Shown here piece after piece: positions 39,494 through 48,778 of a DNA stretch of 49,828 nucleotides (position 1 is the first letter of the stretch; each line of letters starts with the position of its first letter). The notes beneath the pieces are model-generated. The model worked only from the letters and a program-made list of their open reading frames with translations. It was not told the origin of the DNA and did not search any database. The position numbers were made by a program, and so were the translations under genes. This stretch comes from Vibrio phage Vc1. The DNA is taken from sequence record MT360682.2; one strand, 5' to 3'.

Positions 39494-41955
39494 ACTGGGC
39501 AAAATCCGTCAGCCCAGAAAACCTGTTGCAAAAAGATCAAAACCGGCAGACGTAATAGACAAGGCGCTAGCGCGTTCAAATCTGGATGTTCCAGCAAAAT
39601 CGGAAACATTCCTGATTGCAGATAATTTCTCTGAGATTGCCGATCGTGCTGCTGCTTGGCTGAATATCCGGCCTATTGGTGCAACTCCGCTAGGAGGTGA
39701 TCCGGTAAGCGATTATGACGCTACAACAAAACGCTGGGTAGAAAACTACGTAAGCGGCGGCGGTGGAGTTGGTCCGACTAAGAACGGCGTTCAAAACTTC
39801 GGGATCGGTGAGAAAATATTATGGGATTCTCGCGCATTTATTCCTGCGTGGGCTGTTCCTCTTGATGGTCAATTGCTTAACCGCACTGATTGGCCTGAAT
39901 TGTGGGCGCACGCTCAAATGCACACACCTATTGATGATGCGGATTGGTTATCTAGCGCATTAAATCGTGGTAAGTGGTCTAATGGTGATGGATCTACAAC
40001 ATTCCGAGCGCCTGATTTAAACGGCGTTCAAAGCGGGTCAATTCCGGGCTATTTGGTCGGGGCGATCAGGGTGGGTTATTGCCAGCGGGCAATGTATACG
40101 AAAGCGCCGCCCCTAACATTTCAGGTAGTACGGCAACGTCAAGCATTACAGGATATAACCAATCGTCTCCTGAGAGGGGACGGGGCTTGTCGTACCTACA
40201 GCGGTTCAAGCTTCATCTCTGAAATGGGGTTAGCTGGATCTTCGGGTCCTACTGTCACCTATTTTTCAGAACTTAGTTTCGACGCGTCACTATCTAATCC
40301 GGTATACGGACGTACTGCAAACCGTATGGCCTATCTCTTTTGTGGGTGTCTGGATAATCCGCGCATCAGGAGGGTTTACGGCTGCTATCACGTCCCGGTC
40401 TGTGTCGTATATGATCGGCGGCGTTCAAGTGGCGCGTGGATCGATGTACGTCACTCAGAGCCTTTTCTCGTCAGGATTCCGCGACTGCAACGTTCTGATT
40501 CAGGCTTGGAGTACGGACACATCCGCATCATGGTCATTCAACCACGGTGGATTTATAACGCCAAATACCCCTACTGGTCGATTCATCACGAAAGCCGAAA
40601 TAGGCCGTTCTGGTGGGTTACTGGCAAACGGAGAACGATTTATAGCCGTAACGCTTCGCGACCAGAACCCGGAAAACGCCGATGCCGTTGGAAAAACGTG
40701 GATAAAGTCGCTTATTGGTACATCAGGATTGCAATTTATTGCCCGCAACCGCGCGCAGTCGAACCTGGGGCAATTGGTTATCAACAGGCCGTACTCAAGC
40801 GGAACATTGGCGCTTCAGGGTACATCTGGCAAGGAATACAAGCGGGACATAAAAGATGCAGACCTCTGTTACAATGGCATAACGGGAAAAAGGTTGCATC
40901 TGGCGAGGTTGATATCAGATACATCGGATTCAGTAGTGATGATATTCAAGGCAACTTTAGCGGAAAAGTTTCTGTATCAGTTAAGGAGTGGCAACAATGC
41001 CTCAAGGTATATACAAAAATTAAAAAGACGGTCGCCCACCAAAGACAATTACGGCTGGATCAAGAGCGCCGTCATACTGCACTTTTTATTCAAAGATGTC
41101 AGTCAGATCAGACTTTAACTATAAACACTCCGTTGTCATCTGGATCAGAACTTATAATTATACCAACAAGCCCAATCGAGGTTATTCATGTAATAGACAA
41201 TCAAGTTATTGTACCAACTGCATTCTATATAAATTCAGTAACCAGAAATGGTAATTCCGGTGTGATTATAAGGGGGCTAATCAGTGGGGTTATTCTGGCT
41301 TTACGCCTCAGTGGGCTGGGTATCTTCTGGAAATACTTCCAGCAAGTATATACAATTCAGGTCTTTATGTTGCAAACTCCACAAATTTCACCGCAATATC
41401 AAACAATGCTAAATTACTGACGTGTCAATATGTAGGGCGTGTTACTGTTAATGGAAATCTTAGGCTTCCAGTAAGCGGTATACCTTTTGCAAAATGGAGT
41501 TCTGATAGTGTATCAGTTGGATTTGACGGGACAAATATAACTGTAAGAAGTCTTAGTTATACAGGAAAGGATGATGTAGCAGGCTCTCTCACAAAGGATC
41601 TTGTTATATTTAACAATACACCTCCTGTTGCTGGCAATGGGATCACAATGGTAAACAGTGCTGGACAGGTAACATTTTCAACAATTAAAAGCCTTTTATA
41701 TATGACAGATCTATTAATTTCAGCGCCTCAAATCAAAGCGAAGGTGATAAGTTTATACAATTACGCTACTACGGGATGAGAAACAGATATGTAAGCGGAT
41801 ACGACAATATAAGATACAACGGTGTTTATATGTATAATGGAAACGTAAGAGCCGAAAGAAATAGAGTTTACGGAAACTACAACGTAAGCAGTTTAAGACC
41901 GCCAGAAAGAAATATAATATTGCCAATACCAGCATTAATTCTTCCAAACATGTAG
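39494..41955 (+). pseudogene. Second tail fibre copy: collar-like region plus long C-terminal region, several frameshifts
   Basis: [39 protein letters not shown]...[21 protein letters not shown]; coding potential jumps frame (ORFs 39183-41420, 40342-41118, then ...RSINFSASNQSEGDKFIQLRYYGMRNRYVSG...). Confidence 0.75.
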
Positions 41956-41999
41956 TAATAATGGGGCTTTCGCCCCATCTTTACCATGTTCCAACTATA

Positions 42000-42348
42000 A
42001 TATAACCGCCACCAGCAATGTTGACTCTGATCCGTTACCGTTAATAAGTTCCGTGTTATTAACTACGTTGAATGCAAAAGCTCCGTTACTTGCATATAAA
42101 CTACCCCTTTCTGTTACTTGGTTAAATTCAGCTTACCCCCTTTGTAATCATCCTTCCAGCCGATCCGGTACTCCAGTTTGTGGAGTTGATTTGCTGTGCA
42201 ATCTTCGCCGTTGTGACGGTTCCATCTGTAACTAACAGGCTGCTGATAAACACCGGTTATTCTCAACCACAGAGGAAGCGTAAACGCTCCAGCCTGTGCG
42301 TTGCTGATGATTGCAAACCGATCGGCGGAGAAAAGCAGTTGCGACTTC
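42000..42348 (-). pseudogene. Displaced inverted 3' end of the J-like gene
   Basis: 42199-42348 is the inverted copy of 18689-18840; then continues KIAQQINSTNWSTGSAGRMITKGG... and ...YASNGAFAFNVVNNTELING... Confidence 0.8.
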
Positions 42349-42353
42349 AGAAA

Positions 42354-42412
42354 CAGCAGTTTTTGTTAAAACTCATCCGGTGGGTGTTGGCAAAATACAC
42401 CCATCGAAAGAA
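42354..42412 (+). promoter_or_regulatory. Degenerate-box module copy: CAGCAGTTTTTGTTA .. CAAAAT .. CATCGAAAG
   Basis: Box 42354, -10-like 42391 (offset 37). Confidence 0.6.
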
Positions 42413-42420
42413 ACGAGGAA

Positions 42421-42585
42421 ATGAAAATGGTCACTCTGATTACTTGGGAACACGAAAACAGCCATCCGGAAACGCGTGAATTTGAAACGGTAGCGGCTTG
42501 CTACAACCCGGCGGCTAACGGCGGTTTCTACAAAGCGCAAATCGTAAACGATCAAGGGGTTGTTGAGCATGAGTTTAAAGCGTAA
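42421..42585 (+). CDS. Small hypothetical protein MKMVTLITWEHENSHPETREFET...
   Basis: 54-aa ORF with GAGGAA RBS downstream of a dispersed module. Confidence 0.5.
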   Translation: MKMVTLITWEHENSHPETREFETVAACYNPAANGGFYKAQIVNDQGVVEHEFKA

Positions 42586-42759
42586 CATGAGCCGTCAGAG
42601 TTAGCTGGGCGGGCGCGAGTTCAAATGGGACGGCGAACAGGTTTGGACTCGACTACCCGGCGATATCTGGCGGCTGGCGGCTGGTTGGCCTCAACCGCCA
42701 ATGAGTATGCGAGATCTTGAATACTACGTTAACAATGGCGAATTCATGGAGGCTGAATA

Positions 42760-42972
42760 ATGATCGAGTTTCACGGATGCAAGTTGCCGGATAACACTGT
42801 CAAGGCCGTACCCGGCAACCGTTCCGGCGTGTACTTCATGACTGATGATAGTCAGCACTGGTTCACGAATGAAATGCACAAAACAGGCTTGAAGGTTGGC
42901 GAGCGCGGTTATTACGCCGGATCTAACTTGCGAGTCAGCGAAGAAAAATACTTTAAGGAGATCACAGAATGA
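42760..42972 (+). CDS. Hypothetical protein
   Basis: 70-aa ORF, RBS, overlaps next ORF start. Confidence 0.5.
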   Translation: MIEFHGCKLPDNTVKAVPGNRSGVYFMTDDSQHWFTNEMHKTGLKVGERGYYAGSNLRVSEEKYFKEITE

Positions 42973-43427
42973 AGCACCCGGTATGTACTGCAACACGACA
43001 TGATGGCGATTGCGGCCTGAATCACATTGGCGAATACGGACAATACCTGTTTTGCAAGAAACCGGAAACTAACAGAGAGTGGGGATATAAGCCAACGGAT
43101 ATCGAAATAAATAATGACGATCTGCCTTGCTATATCATGAAACGGATCGCAAAGAACAAGTATTCAGCCTATGGCGACTCATCAGTTTACACTGCGATCC
43201 CAATGCGCAAGAAGCTAATAAACGCTTTCCGGGAGTGCGCGATCACATACGGTTGGATGAGCAAGCGCCGTGCGCGGAAGTGGGCGCGGTGTATCGCAGG
43301 TTGTTATTTTGGGAAGGATGGAAGCGCATCCCCTGAAATGATCGAAACATTCTCTGATTGGTACAATGGCGATTATAGCCAGGCCAGCTTTGATGATTTC
43401 GCAATGATGGAAATCAGCTATTGGTAA
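42969..43427 (+). CDS. Hypothetical protein
   Basis: 152-aa ORF ending just before a dispersed box. Confidence 0.55.
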   Translation: MKHPVCTATRHDGDCGLNHIGEYGQYLFCKKPETNREWGYKPTDIEINNDDLPCYIMKRIAKNKYSAYGDSSVYTAIPMRKKLINAFRECAITYGWMSKRRARKWARCIAGCYFGKDGSASPEMIETFSDWYNGDYSQASFDDFAMMEISYW

Positions 43428-43490
43428 ATAGCACGAAAAGCTAAAACACGATCGCGGGGTTATCGTCTGATAGCCCCACACAAACAACAG
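43427..43490 (+). promoter_or_regulatory. Module copy: TAGCACGAAAAGCTA .. TCTGAT, hairpin
   Basis: Box 43429, hexamer 43466 (offset 37, weak -10). Confidence 0.6.
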
Positions 43491-43502
43491 AAGGCAAGGA
43501 AA

Positions 43503-43751
43503 ATGAAAAGCGTTAAAGTCAGACTCCTGAATGATGGAGGCTACCCTTTTAAAGCTGAACATAACCGCACTTTTCCTGTCATCGTAAATGGTTACATTGG
43601 TGATGGATATCACGGACTTGTGCAAGTCTGTTATGATGATTGCAAGGCGATCGGCATGTACCCAACAGAGGGCAAAGATTACCCATTCTACCCGGGCACA
43701 GAAGCGGAGATTGTGAAAAGAGTTGCTATATCATTCGTGTTGTACCAGTAG
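43503..43751 (+). CDS. Hypothetical protein
   Basis: MKSVKVRLLNDGGYPF...; module upstream. Confidence 0.5.
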   Translation: MKSVKVRLLNDGGYPFKAEHNRTFPVIVNGYIGDGYHGLVQVCYDDCKAIGMYPTEGKDYPFYPGTEAEIVKRVAISFVLYQ

Positions 43752-43946
43752 AACAAAAGCCAGTTGGGGCAACGTTGCATTATGTTCAGCGTGAAGATGG
43801 CGAGTGGGAAGAGCTGAAATTCAAGCCGCGCCGCATTGAAGTACACGACGATATTATTTGTCTGCTATCTGGTTACTCAGGAGCACACAAGGCGCTAAAC
43901 AACTACTCCGCAGAGATAAACATCAAGCGCGGGACAAAAATCAAAT

Positions 43947-44010
43947 ACAGCACGAATTGCAAAAACAGCCTTGCGCGGTTGCTATATAGTAACCGCACAC
44001 CAACGAACGA
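43947..44010 (+). promoter_or_regulatory. Module copy: CAGCACGAATTGCAA .. TATAGT .. CCAACGAACG
   Basis: Box 43948, -10-like 43985 (offset 37). Confidence 0.75.
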
Positions 44011-44022
44011 AGGGAAATAAAA

Positions 44023-44322
44023 ATGAAGTTAGCACGTAACGCAGTATTCGCAATTGTGGACGGCGGCGATGTAAGGGCATTCCTTCACATCAACAAAGAC
44101 GATCTAATCAATCCTTTTTGGGTTAGCGAACACGGCAGGAATGGCTTTAGTGTTCATGGCGAGTTGTTCAAGGCTCTTGGCGATGCTGGCGGTCATGAGC
44201 ACTGGAGAGGCGTTTTTGACGGTCATCATGAAATCATCATGATTCAAAGTCATGTGACTAGCGCCGATAAAGTCGATTTCAAGCGCTGCATGAAGTTCTT
44301 TAAGAAGCGCACAAAACGCTAA
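44023..44322 (+). CDS. Hypothetical protein
   Basis: 99-aa ORF; module upstream. Confidence 0.5.
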   Translation: MKLARNAVFAIVDGGDVRAFLHINKDDLINPFWVSEHGRNGFSVHGELFKALGDAGGHEHWRGVFDGHHEIIMIQSHVTSADKVDFKRCMKFFKKRTKR

Positions 44323-44375
44323 AACTTCCGCAAGCCCATTTGCTAAGGTGGGCTTATTGAAGCGAAGCAACCAAT
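44307..44375 (+). promoter_or_regulatory. Degenerate module copy: GCGCACAAAACGCTA .. TAAGGT .. ACCAATCA
   Basis: Box 44307, hexamer 44344 (offset 37). Confidence 0.55.
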
Positions 44376-44388
44376 CAGAGGAAGAACA

Positions 44389-44676
44389 ATGGAAAAGGTA
44401 AGAATTTTTGACAGCGATTATATTACATTCGATCCGGCAATCGGTGAGATTGTAAACGCAAGGCGCTGGGGCAATGGTTGGGCTATTTGCGTTAGTGAGT
44501 CATTTAAGTTTTGCGAATCTAACGCTAGAGTGTGGCGTGGTGATGAGGATCAGGGAATTTATTTTGCATCACATGAAATTGAAGTTGTTGAATCGCCGTT
44601 CGCATACTGGAACGCATTGAAATCATCGACGCTACATGGAGAGTTTGAATCTGTGGGATCGCAAATACTCACTTGA
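44389..44676 (+). CDS. Hypothetical protein
   Basis: 95-aa ORF; module upstream. Confidence 0.5.
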   Translation: MEKVRIFDSDYITFDPAIGEIVNARRWGNGWAICVSESFKFCESNARVWRGDEDQGIYFASHEIEVVESPFAYWNALKSSTLHGEFESVGSQILT

Positions 44677-45166
44677 AACGCCGAAAGGGCTGGTTATTCT
44701 GGACTATGACGGAACGTTAAGTGATGGAACGCACGGCTTACACCTGTTGCCAACTGTTGACTTGCACCTTACTGAATCATGGAGTGAGTTTAATCGCGCC
44801 GCAGTGAAAGATACGCCATTCAGTAGCACGATAGCGGTGGTTAACTCGCTATGGGTTGCTGGTCACGCAATCATTATCCTAACAGGTCGTAGCGATGAGG
44901 TTGAGGGTGAATCATACGCACGGTTAAAGCATAACGGCGTTAAATTTGACTTCATGATCATGCGCCGAGCAAGTGACAACCGAAAGGACACGGTGATTAA
45001 AGAGGAAGTGTTACGCGCTATCGGCCCGGATAATATTGTGTGCGCCTTTGATGATTCGCCAAATGTGATCCGCCACTTTCGCAACCCGGGGATCACAACT
45101 TACGCGGTCACTGAGTACGATAAGCCGCATTCACACTTACAGATTCAAAGAGTTCATCAGTTCTGA
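44636..45166 (+). CDS. HAD-superfamily phosphatase (polynucleotide 3'-phosphatase-like)
   Basis: LVILDYDGTLSDG, IIILTGRSD, CAFDDSPNVI. Confidence 0.75.
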   Translation: MESLNLWDRKYSLETPKGLVILDYDGTLSDGTHGLHLLPTVDLHLTESWSEFNRAAVKDTPFSSTIAVVNSLWVAGHAIIILTGRSDEVEGESYARLKHNGVKFDFMIMRRASDNRKDTVIKEEVLRAIGPDNIVCAFDDSPNVIRHFRNPGITTYAVTEYDKPHSHLQIQRVHQF

Positions 45167-45309
45167 GAACATGGTTATTGATCGCAATTAGCTATTATGG
45201 CGGAATGCAGCTGTTGAATTTACAAGCCATAAGGCTTGTATTGAGGCCAGGGAAACAGTTAAAAAACACACCCCTGTGGGTTGGGCTAATACTTACGTTT
45301 GCGTCAAGA

Positions 45310-45368
45310 AATAGCACGAATTGCAAAAAGCGGGGCGCAATACCCCGCTATAATGCAACCAACGAAAC
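45310..45368 (+). promoter_or_regulatory. Module copy: TAGCACGAATTGCAA, hairpin, TATAAT, CAACGAAAC
   Basis: Box 45312, -10-like 45349 (offset 37). Confidence 0.85.
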
Positions 45369-45383
45369 AACAAGGAGATAGCA

Positions 45384-45686
45384 ATGAAGGTTTTTTATTA
45401 CAGTTTTGCGTCACTTAGTGCTTATTACATTGTTGACGATGGCGGGTTGGTGATGGTTTCCAAAACCCCATTCATCACTAAAAACTCACAGCGTAGAGCG
45501 GTTAGTGAAAAGGAGGTTTTAGCGCTGGCTGACGCTGGTCACTTTGCACCGCATAACTTAAAGGCGGCTGTTGCGTTGAAAGAGTATCGCGATACAAATC
45601 GCAAGAAGCGAAACATCAGCCTTACTATTCTTGGGCTTGGCGTAGCGGTGATGGTGTTATCAATTCTTAACGGGTGGTGGTTATGA
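45384..45686 (+). CDS. Small membrane protein
   Basis: C-terminal ISLTILGLGVAVMVLSIL; module upstream. Confidence 0.55.
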   Translation: MKVFYYSFASLSAYYIVDDGGLVMVSKTPFITKNSQRRAVSEKEVLALADAGHFAPHNLKAAVALKEYRDTNRKKRNISLTILGLGVAVMVLSILNGWWL

Positions 45687-45857
45687 TGCTGGATAAGCAA
45701 AGAGCAGAAACGAAAACAATCACATACATGCGTACTATTGCTAATATGCTTGAGAGCGGAGAGATATGATTCAACGATCTTTCTATTTAAGAGCATGATG
45801 TATGATGGAATGTAGAAGAAGAAACATTCAATTTGCAGATACTAAAGGCAATAAAGA

Positions 45858-46436
45858 ATGGCTAAAATTATTCTACTCAACGCCCCGAAAGGGGCTGGAA
45901 AAGACACCATAGCAAACGCAATTTGCGAGCGCATTGATTACCCGCGAAAAGCAAGCTTTAAAGCGCCAATGTTTCAGATTGCGCTTGCTATCCCGGGACA
46001 AGAGAAGTATTGCATGTTCATTGATGCTTACAGTAACAGAGAGCAGAAGGAAAAAGCACACGATTTCCTGATGGGTATGACTTGCCGAGAGTTCATGATC
46101 TGGATTAGCGAGGATGTGATTAAACCGAAGTTTGGGGAAAAGTATTTCGGCAGGCGTCTTTCAGACCTGGCTTCAAACTCTGATTATCCAGTTATCGTTT
46201 CAGATTGCGGATTTGAGCAAGAAGTTATCGCGCTGATTGAAGGCGGTCATGAGGTGAAGTTGGTTCGTATGAATCGCCGGGGATTTGAGTTCGACGAAAC
46301 AGACAGCCGCAACTACGTTTATTTGCCAGTATGTTATTACGGCGAAAACGGATATGAAGAAGTAGACGTTGATTTGTTCGATGGCGATCCGGTTTATACA
46401 GCTTATGAGCTCATTCGCAAATTCAAACTTAAATAG
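45858..46436 (+). CDS. Deoxynucleoside monophosphate kinase-like
   Basis: ILLNAPKGAGKDTIANAI P-loop, C-terminal lid-like region. Confidence 0.75.
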   Translation: MAKIILLNAPKGAGKDTIANAICERIDYPRKASFKAPMFQIALAIPGQEKYCMFIDAYSNREQKEKAHDFLMGMTCREFMIWISEDVIKPKFGEKYFGRRLSDLASNSDYPVIVSDCGFEQEVIALIEGGHEVKLVRMNRRGFEFDETDSRNYVYLPVCYYGENGYEEVDVDLFDGDPVYTAYELIRKFKLK

Positions 46437-46500
46437 CACGAATTGATAAAACTTGCTAAGAGGCATTTGATATAGTGCCTCTTGTCGAGTAAACCAATCA
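46432..46500 (+). promoter_or_regulatory. Module copy: TAGCACGAATTGATA .. TATAGT in hairpin loop .. ACCAATCA
   Basis: Box 46434, -10-like 46471 (offset 37). Confidence 0.85.
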
Positions 46501-46508
46501 GGAGGAGC

Positions 46509-46703
46509 ATGAGAAAAACGACTTTAATATATATCGCGCTTTTGCTGGCTGGTATCTGGCTTTTAGATGGCGACTGGCTTACTACCCTGGGCGGTCTGTT
46601 GATTTTCATTGCTGGCGGTATTGTTGGCGAACAATCAGCAAAGGAGAAGAACAAAATAAGCGATCACTTACGGAGCATGACAAACAATGTTATTTGCGCA
46701 TAA
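46509..46703 (+). CDS. Small membrane protein
   Basis: MRKTTLIYIALLLAGIWLLDGDWLTTLGGLLIFIAGGI; module upstream. Confidence 0.55.
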   Translation: MRKTTLIYIALLLAGIWLLDGDWLTTLGGLLIFIAGGIVGEQSAKEKNKISDHLRSMTNNVICA

Positions 46704-46871
46704 TGCCGACTTTGCCGTTTATACTCCCGGTGTGCATTGGGAAATTGAAACTGTAAATCATCGCAAGTGCGCCGAATACGTTTTAAAGACTTACGACAAA
46801 GACGGCGATTTTCTAAACAGCATACCGCTAACGCCAGAACAGCACGAAAACTTAACCGTGGAGATTTGGAA

Positions 46872-47321
46872 ATGAAAATTGAAATGATTGCAAAGACGAC
46901 TGTTGCCGGCGTTATCACAGATGGCAAGCAATACTCAGTTGAGCATTTCACTGATTCCCTTTACGTGTTAACTGGCGACGATGGAAATTACGCAGTAATA
47001 AAAGAACATTTTGAAAGCGGTTTGCTACACAGCGCGAAGCAGGACGCAAAGACGGCCGATCACCTTGCCAAGAAAGAGCGTGAGCGTGTACGCGATAACG
47101 TGTTGAACGCGCCTTTTGTTGGTGGGTATGGCTGGCGCATTCAGCGTGAAGGAGACATTACATTTGCCGATATCAAGAGCAACAATTTTCAACCTAACGC
47201 ATACGTTGATACACTTAATGAATTGCGCGAGATTCTACGCGTACCGAAAGGCGAGAACATTGTGACTCATGCTAAGGTTGTTCGTGCGCTGGCTGATGCT
47301 CTGATTGGTTTGCAGAAATAG
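46872..47321 (+). CDS. Hypothetical protein
   Basis: MKIEMIAKTTVAGVITDGKQYSVEHF...; stop is the TAG of a dispersed box. Confidence 0.5.
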   Translation: MKIEMIAKTTVAGVITDGKQYSVEHFTDSLYVLTGDDGNYAVIKEHFESGLLHSAKQDAKTADHLAKKERERVRDNVLNAPFVGGYGWRIQREGDITFADIKSNNFQPNAYVDTLNELREILRVPKGENIVTHAKVVRALADALIGLQK

Positions 47322-47378
47322 CACTTTTTGTTAAAAGCCGGAACGCGTTTCCGGCTATTATCTTCTCAACGAAACAAC
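47317..47378 (+). promoter_or_regulatory. Module copy: TAGCACTTTTTGTTA, hairpin, TATTAT, CAACGAAAC
   Basis: Box 47319, -10-like 47356 (offset 37). Confidence 0.85.
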
Positions 47379-47393
47379 ACAGAGGAATAAAAA

Positions 47394-47606
47394 GTGAAAA
47401 TCCGTATCACTAAAGTTGACTGCCGCGAATGTGAAGAAAGTTTTACTCTTGCCGATTGTGGTTTTAAGGTTGGCGACGTTGTAGAAGTAGATGGTAAATT
47501 CGCCGATGGTAGTTACTGCTTGTTAGCAATTCGCAACACGGAGGAAATTGAGATCGGCGACAACGTAAGCGTAGAGCACTATGAATGCGAGGTTGTAGAA
47601 GAATGA
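47394..47606 (+). CDS. Hypothetical protein
   Basis: 70-aa ORF; module upstream. Confidence 0.5.
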   Translation: MKIRITKVDCRECEESFTLADCGFKVGDVVEVDGKFADGSYCLLAIRNTEEIEIGDNVSVEHYECEVVEE

Positions 47607-47868
47607 TTACAATCAACCTTTCAGAGAAACATGCCAAATCACTTCTTGATAGTCTTGGGTGGCGCTGGTGTGATGATCCAGCGCATCACGATAATGTAAC
47701 AATTGAAAGCACTGTTGCTGACGAACTATTTAAACAGCTTGAGCAACAGTTATCACCACGATCAACAGGCGCGGCGGAGTTGGCTGTTTGGCGTCACGAA
47801 GGCGGGCTAACTGAAATGGATGTTGAGCGGTGGAAACGCAAAAACGAGACGCGATGAGGTGATGGCGA

Positions 47869-48201
47869 ATGATTTGGGTTCATACATACGGGATCGGGAA
47901 GTTCAAGCACACAATCTTGAGAACTGTTCACGACACGGAAGAAAGCGCAAAGTTTGCGCAGGAGGTTTTAGGCGGTGAAATCGTCGCCTATGAAAAAGTT
48001 GAAGATCTGGAAGAACTGAATGACCACATAAAAGAAATCGTTGTTAATGAGGTCGCATACTTGATTGATTCGCTATCGACGGAAGCGCCGGGTTCGACGC
48101 TAGAACTTGAACCGGGATCAACAGAATGGGATTGTTGGAAGGTGAAAACATTAAACAACTTTGCGGAAATCCTTGATGGAAAATTTAACGAAATCGTATA
48201 G
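47869..48201 (+). CDS. Hypothetical protein
   Basis: 110-aa ORF. Confidence 0.5.
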   Translation: MIWVHTYGIGKFKHTILRTVHDTEESAKFAQEVLGGEIVAYEKVEDLEELNDHIKEIVVNEVAYLIDSLSTEAPGSTLELEPGSTEWDCWKVKTLNNFAEILDGKFNEIV

Positions 48202-48257
48202 TGTTTAAAGCGCCTCAAACGCATTCTAACAGGCGCAAATTTTAGAGGTATGTTTGC

Positions 48258-48485
48258 ATGTTTGGACTGAATGAAGCGCAATACAACGCAGTGAAGCGCG
48301 TAGCTCGCAATTGTTCCGATGAGCTTAAGGATGAAATAAAGCGCGGCGGCAAATACGATCAGGTCGCGGCTGGCATAATCACAAAGCATCACAGTCCGAT
48401 CTCGACTATCATCACGCGGTTGCGCTTTATCTGGCTTGTTGGATACCTTGAAGGGCGCTACGGTCAACAAGGCGAGTACGAATAG
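48258..48485 (+). CDS. Hypothetical protein
   Basis: 75-aa ORF. Confidence 0.45.
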   Translation: MFGLNEAQYNAVKRVARNCSDELKDEIKRGGKYDQVAAGIITKHHSPISTIITRLRFIWLVGYLEGRYGQQGEYE

Positions 48486-48778
48486 TAACCGATTGAACGG
48501 ATAACAATTGACGGCGTTTATCGTGATTGGTAGGATGTAAGCCGTAAACGTAAGAGGCTCAGAAGAGCAACGCGCAGCGCGATAGCTGCGAATAAGGTAG
48601 TCGCAAAATCGGCTGTTAAAGACAACAGCGCCGGATTCCGTAACCGTGCGTGACCATTCACAGGAGAAGGAAATGAGCAATAAAGAAGTTGCAAAGGTAA
48701 CAATCATCGTCGAGCGCAACGGCGTAAAGACAAAGTTTAAAAAGCGCTTTGCAAAAGGCGAGGCGGCGTTAGGTCGGG

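Noticed and set aside
24378-40086. Diversity-generating retroelement acting on the tail fibre
   Set aside because: Two near-identical segments exist, but I see no reverse transcriptase ORF and the differences are not an adenine-only pattern.
18689-42348. Gin/Cin-type invertase-driven tail fibre switching
   Set aside because: No serine or tyrosine recombinase recognised, no short crossover sites seen, and the segment would carry most replication genes; assembly or template-switch explanations are at least as likely.
44824-44860. Further box TAGCACGATAGCGGT inside the HAD gene
   Set aside because: Lies within strongly coding sequence, no dyad and no -10-like hexamer at 36-37 nt.
48518-48703. 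Minus-strand 61-aa ORF
   Set aside because: Opposite to a short basic plus-strand reading frame; neither strand has strong support.
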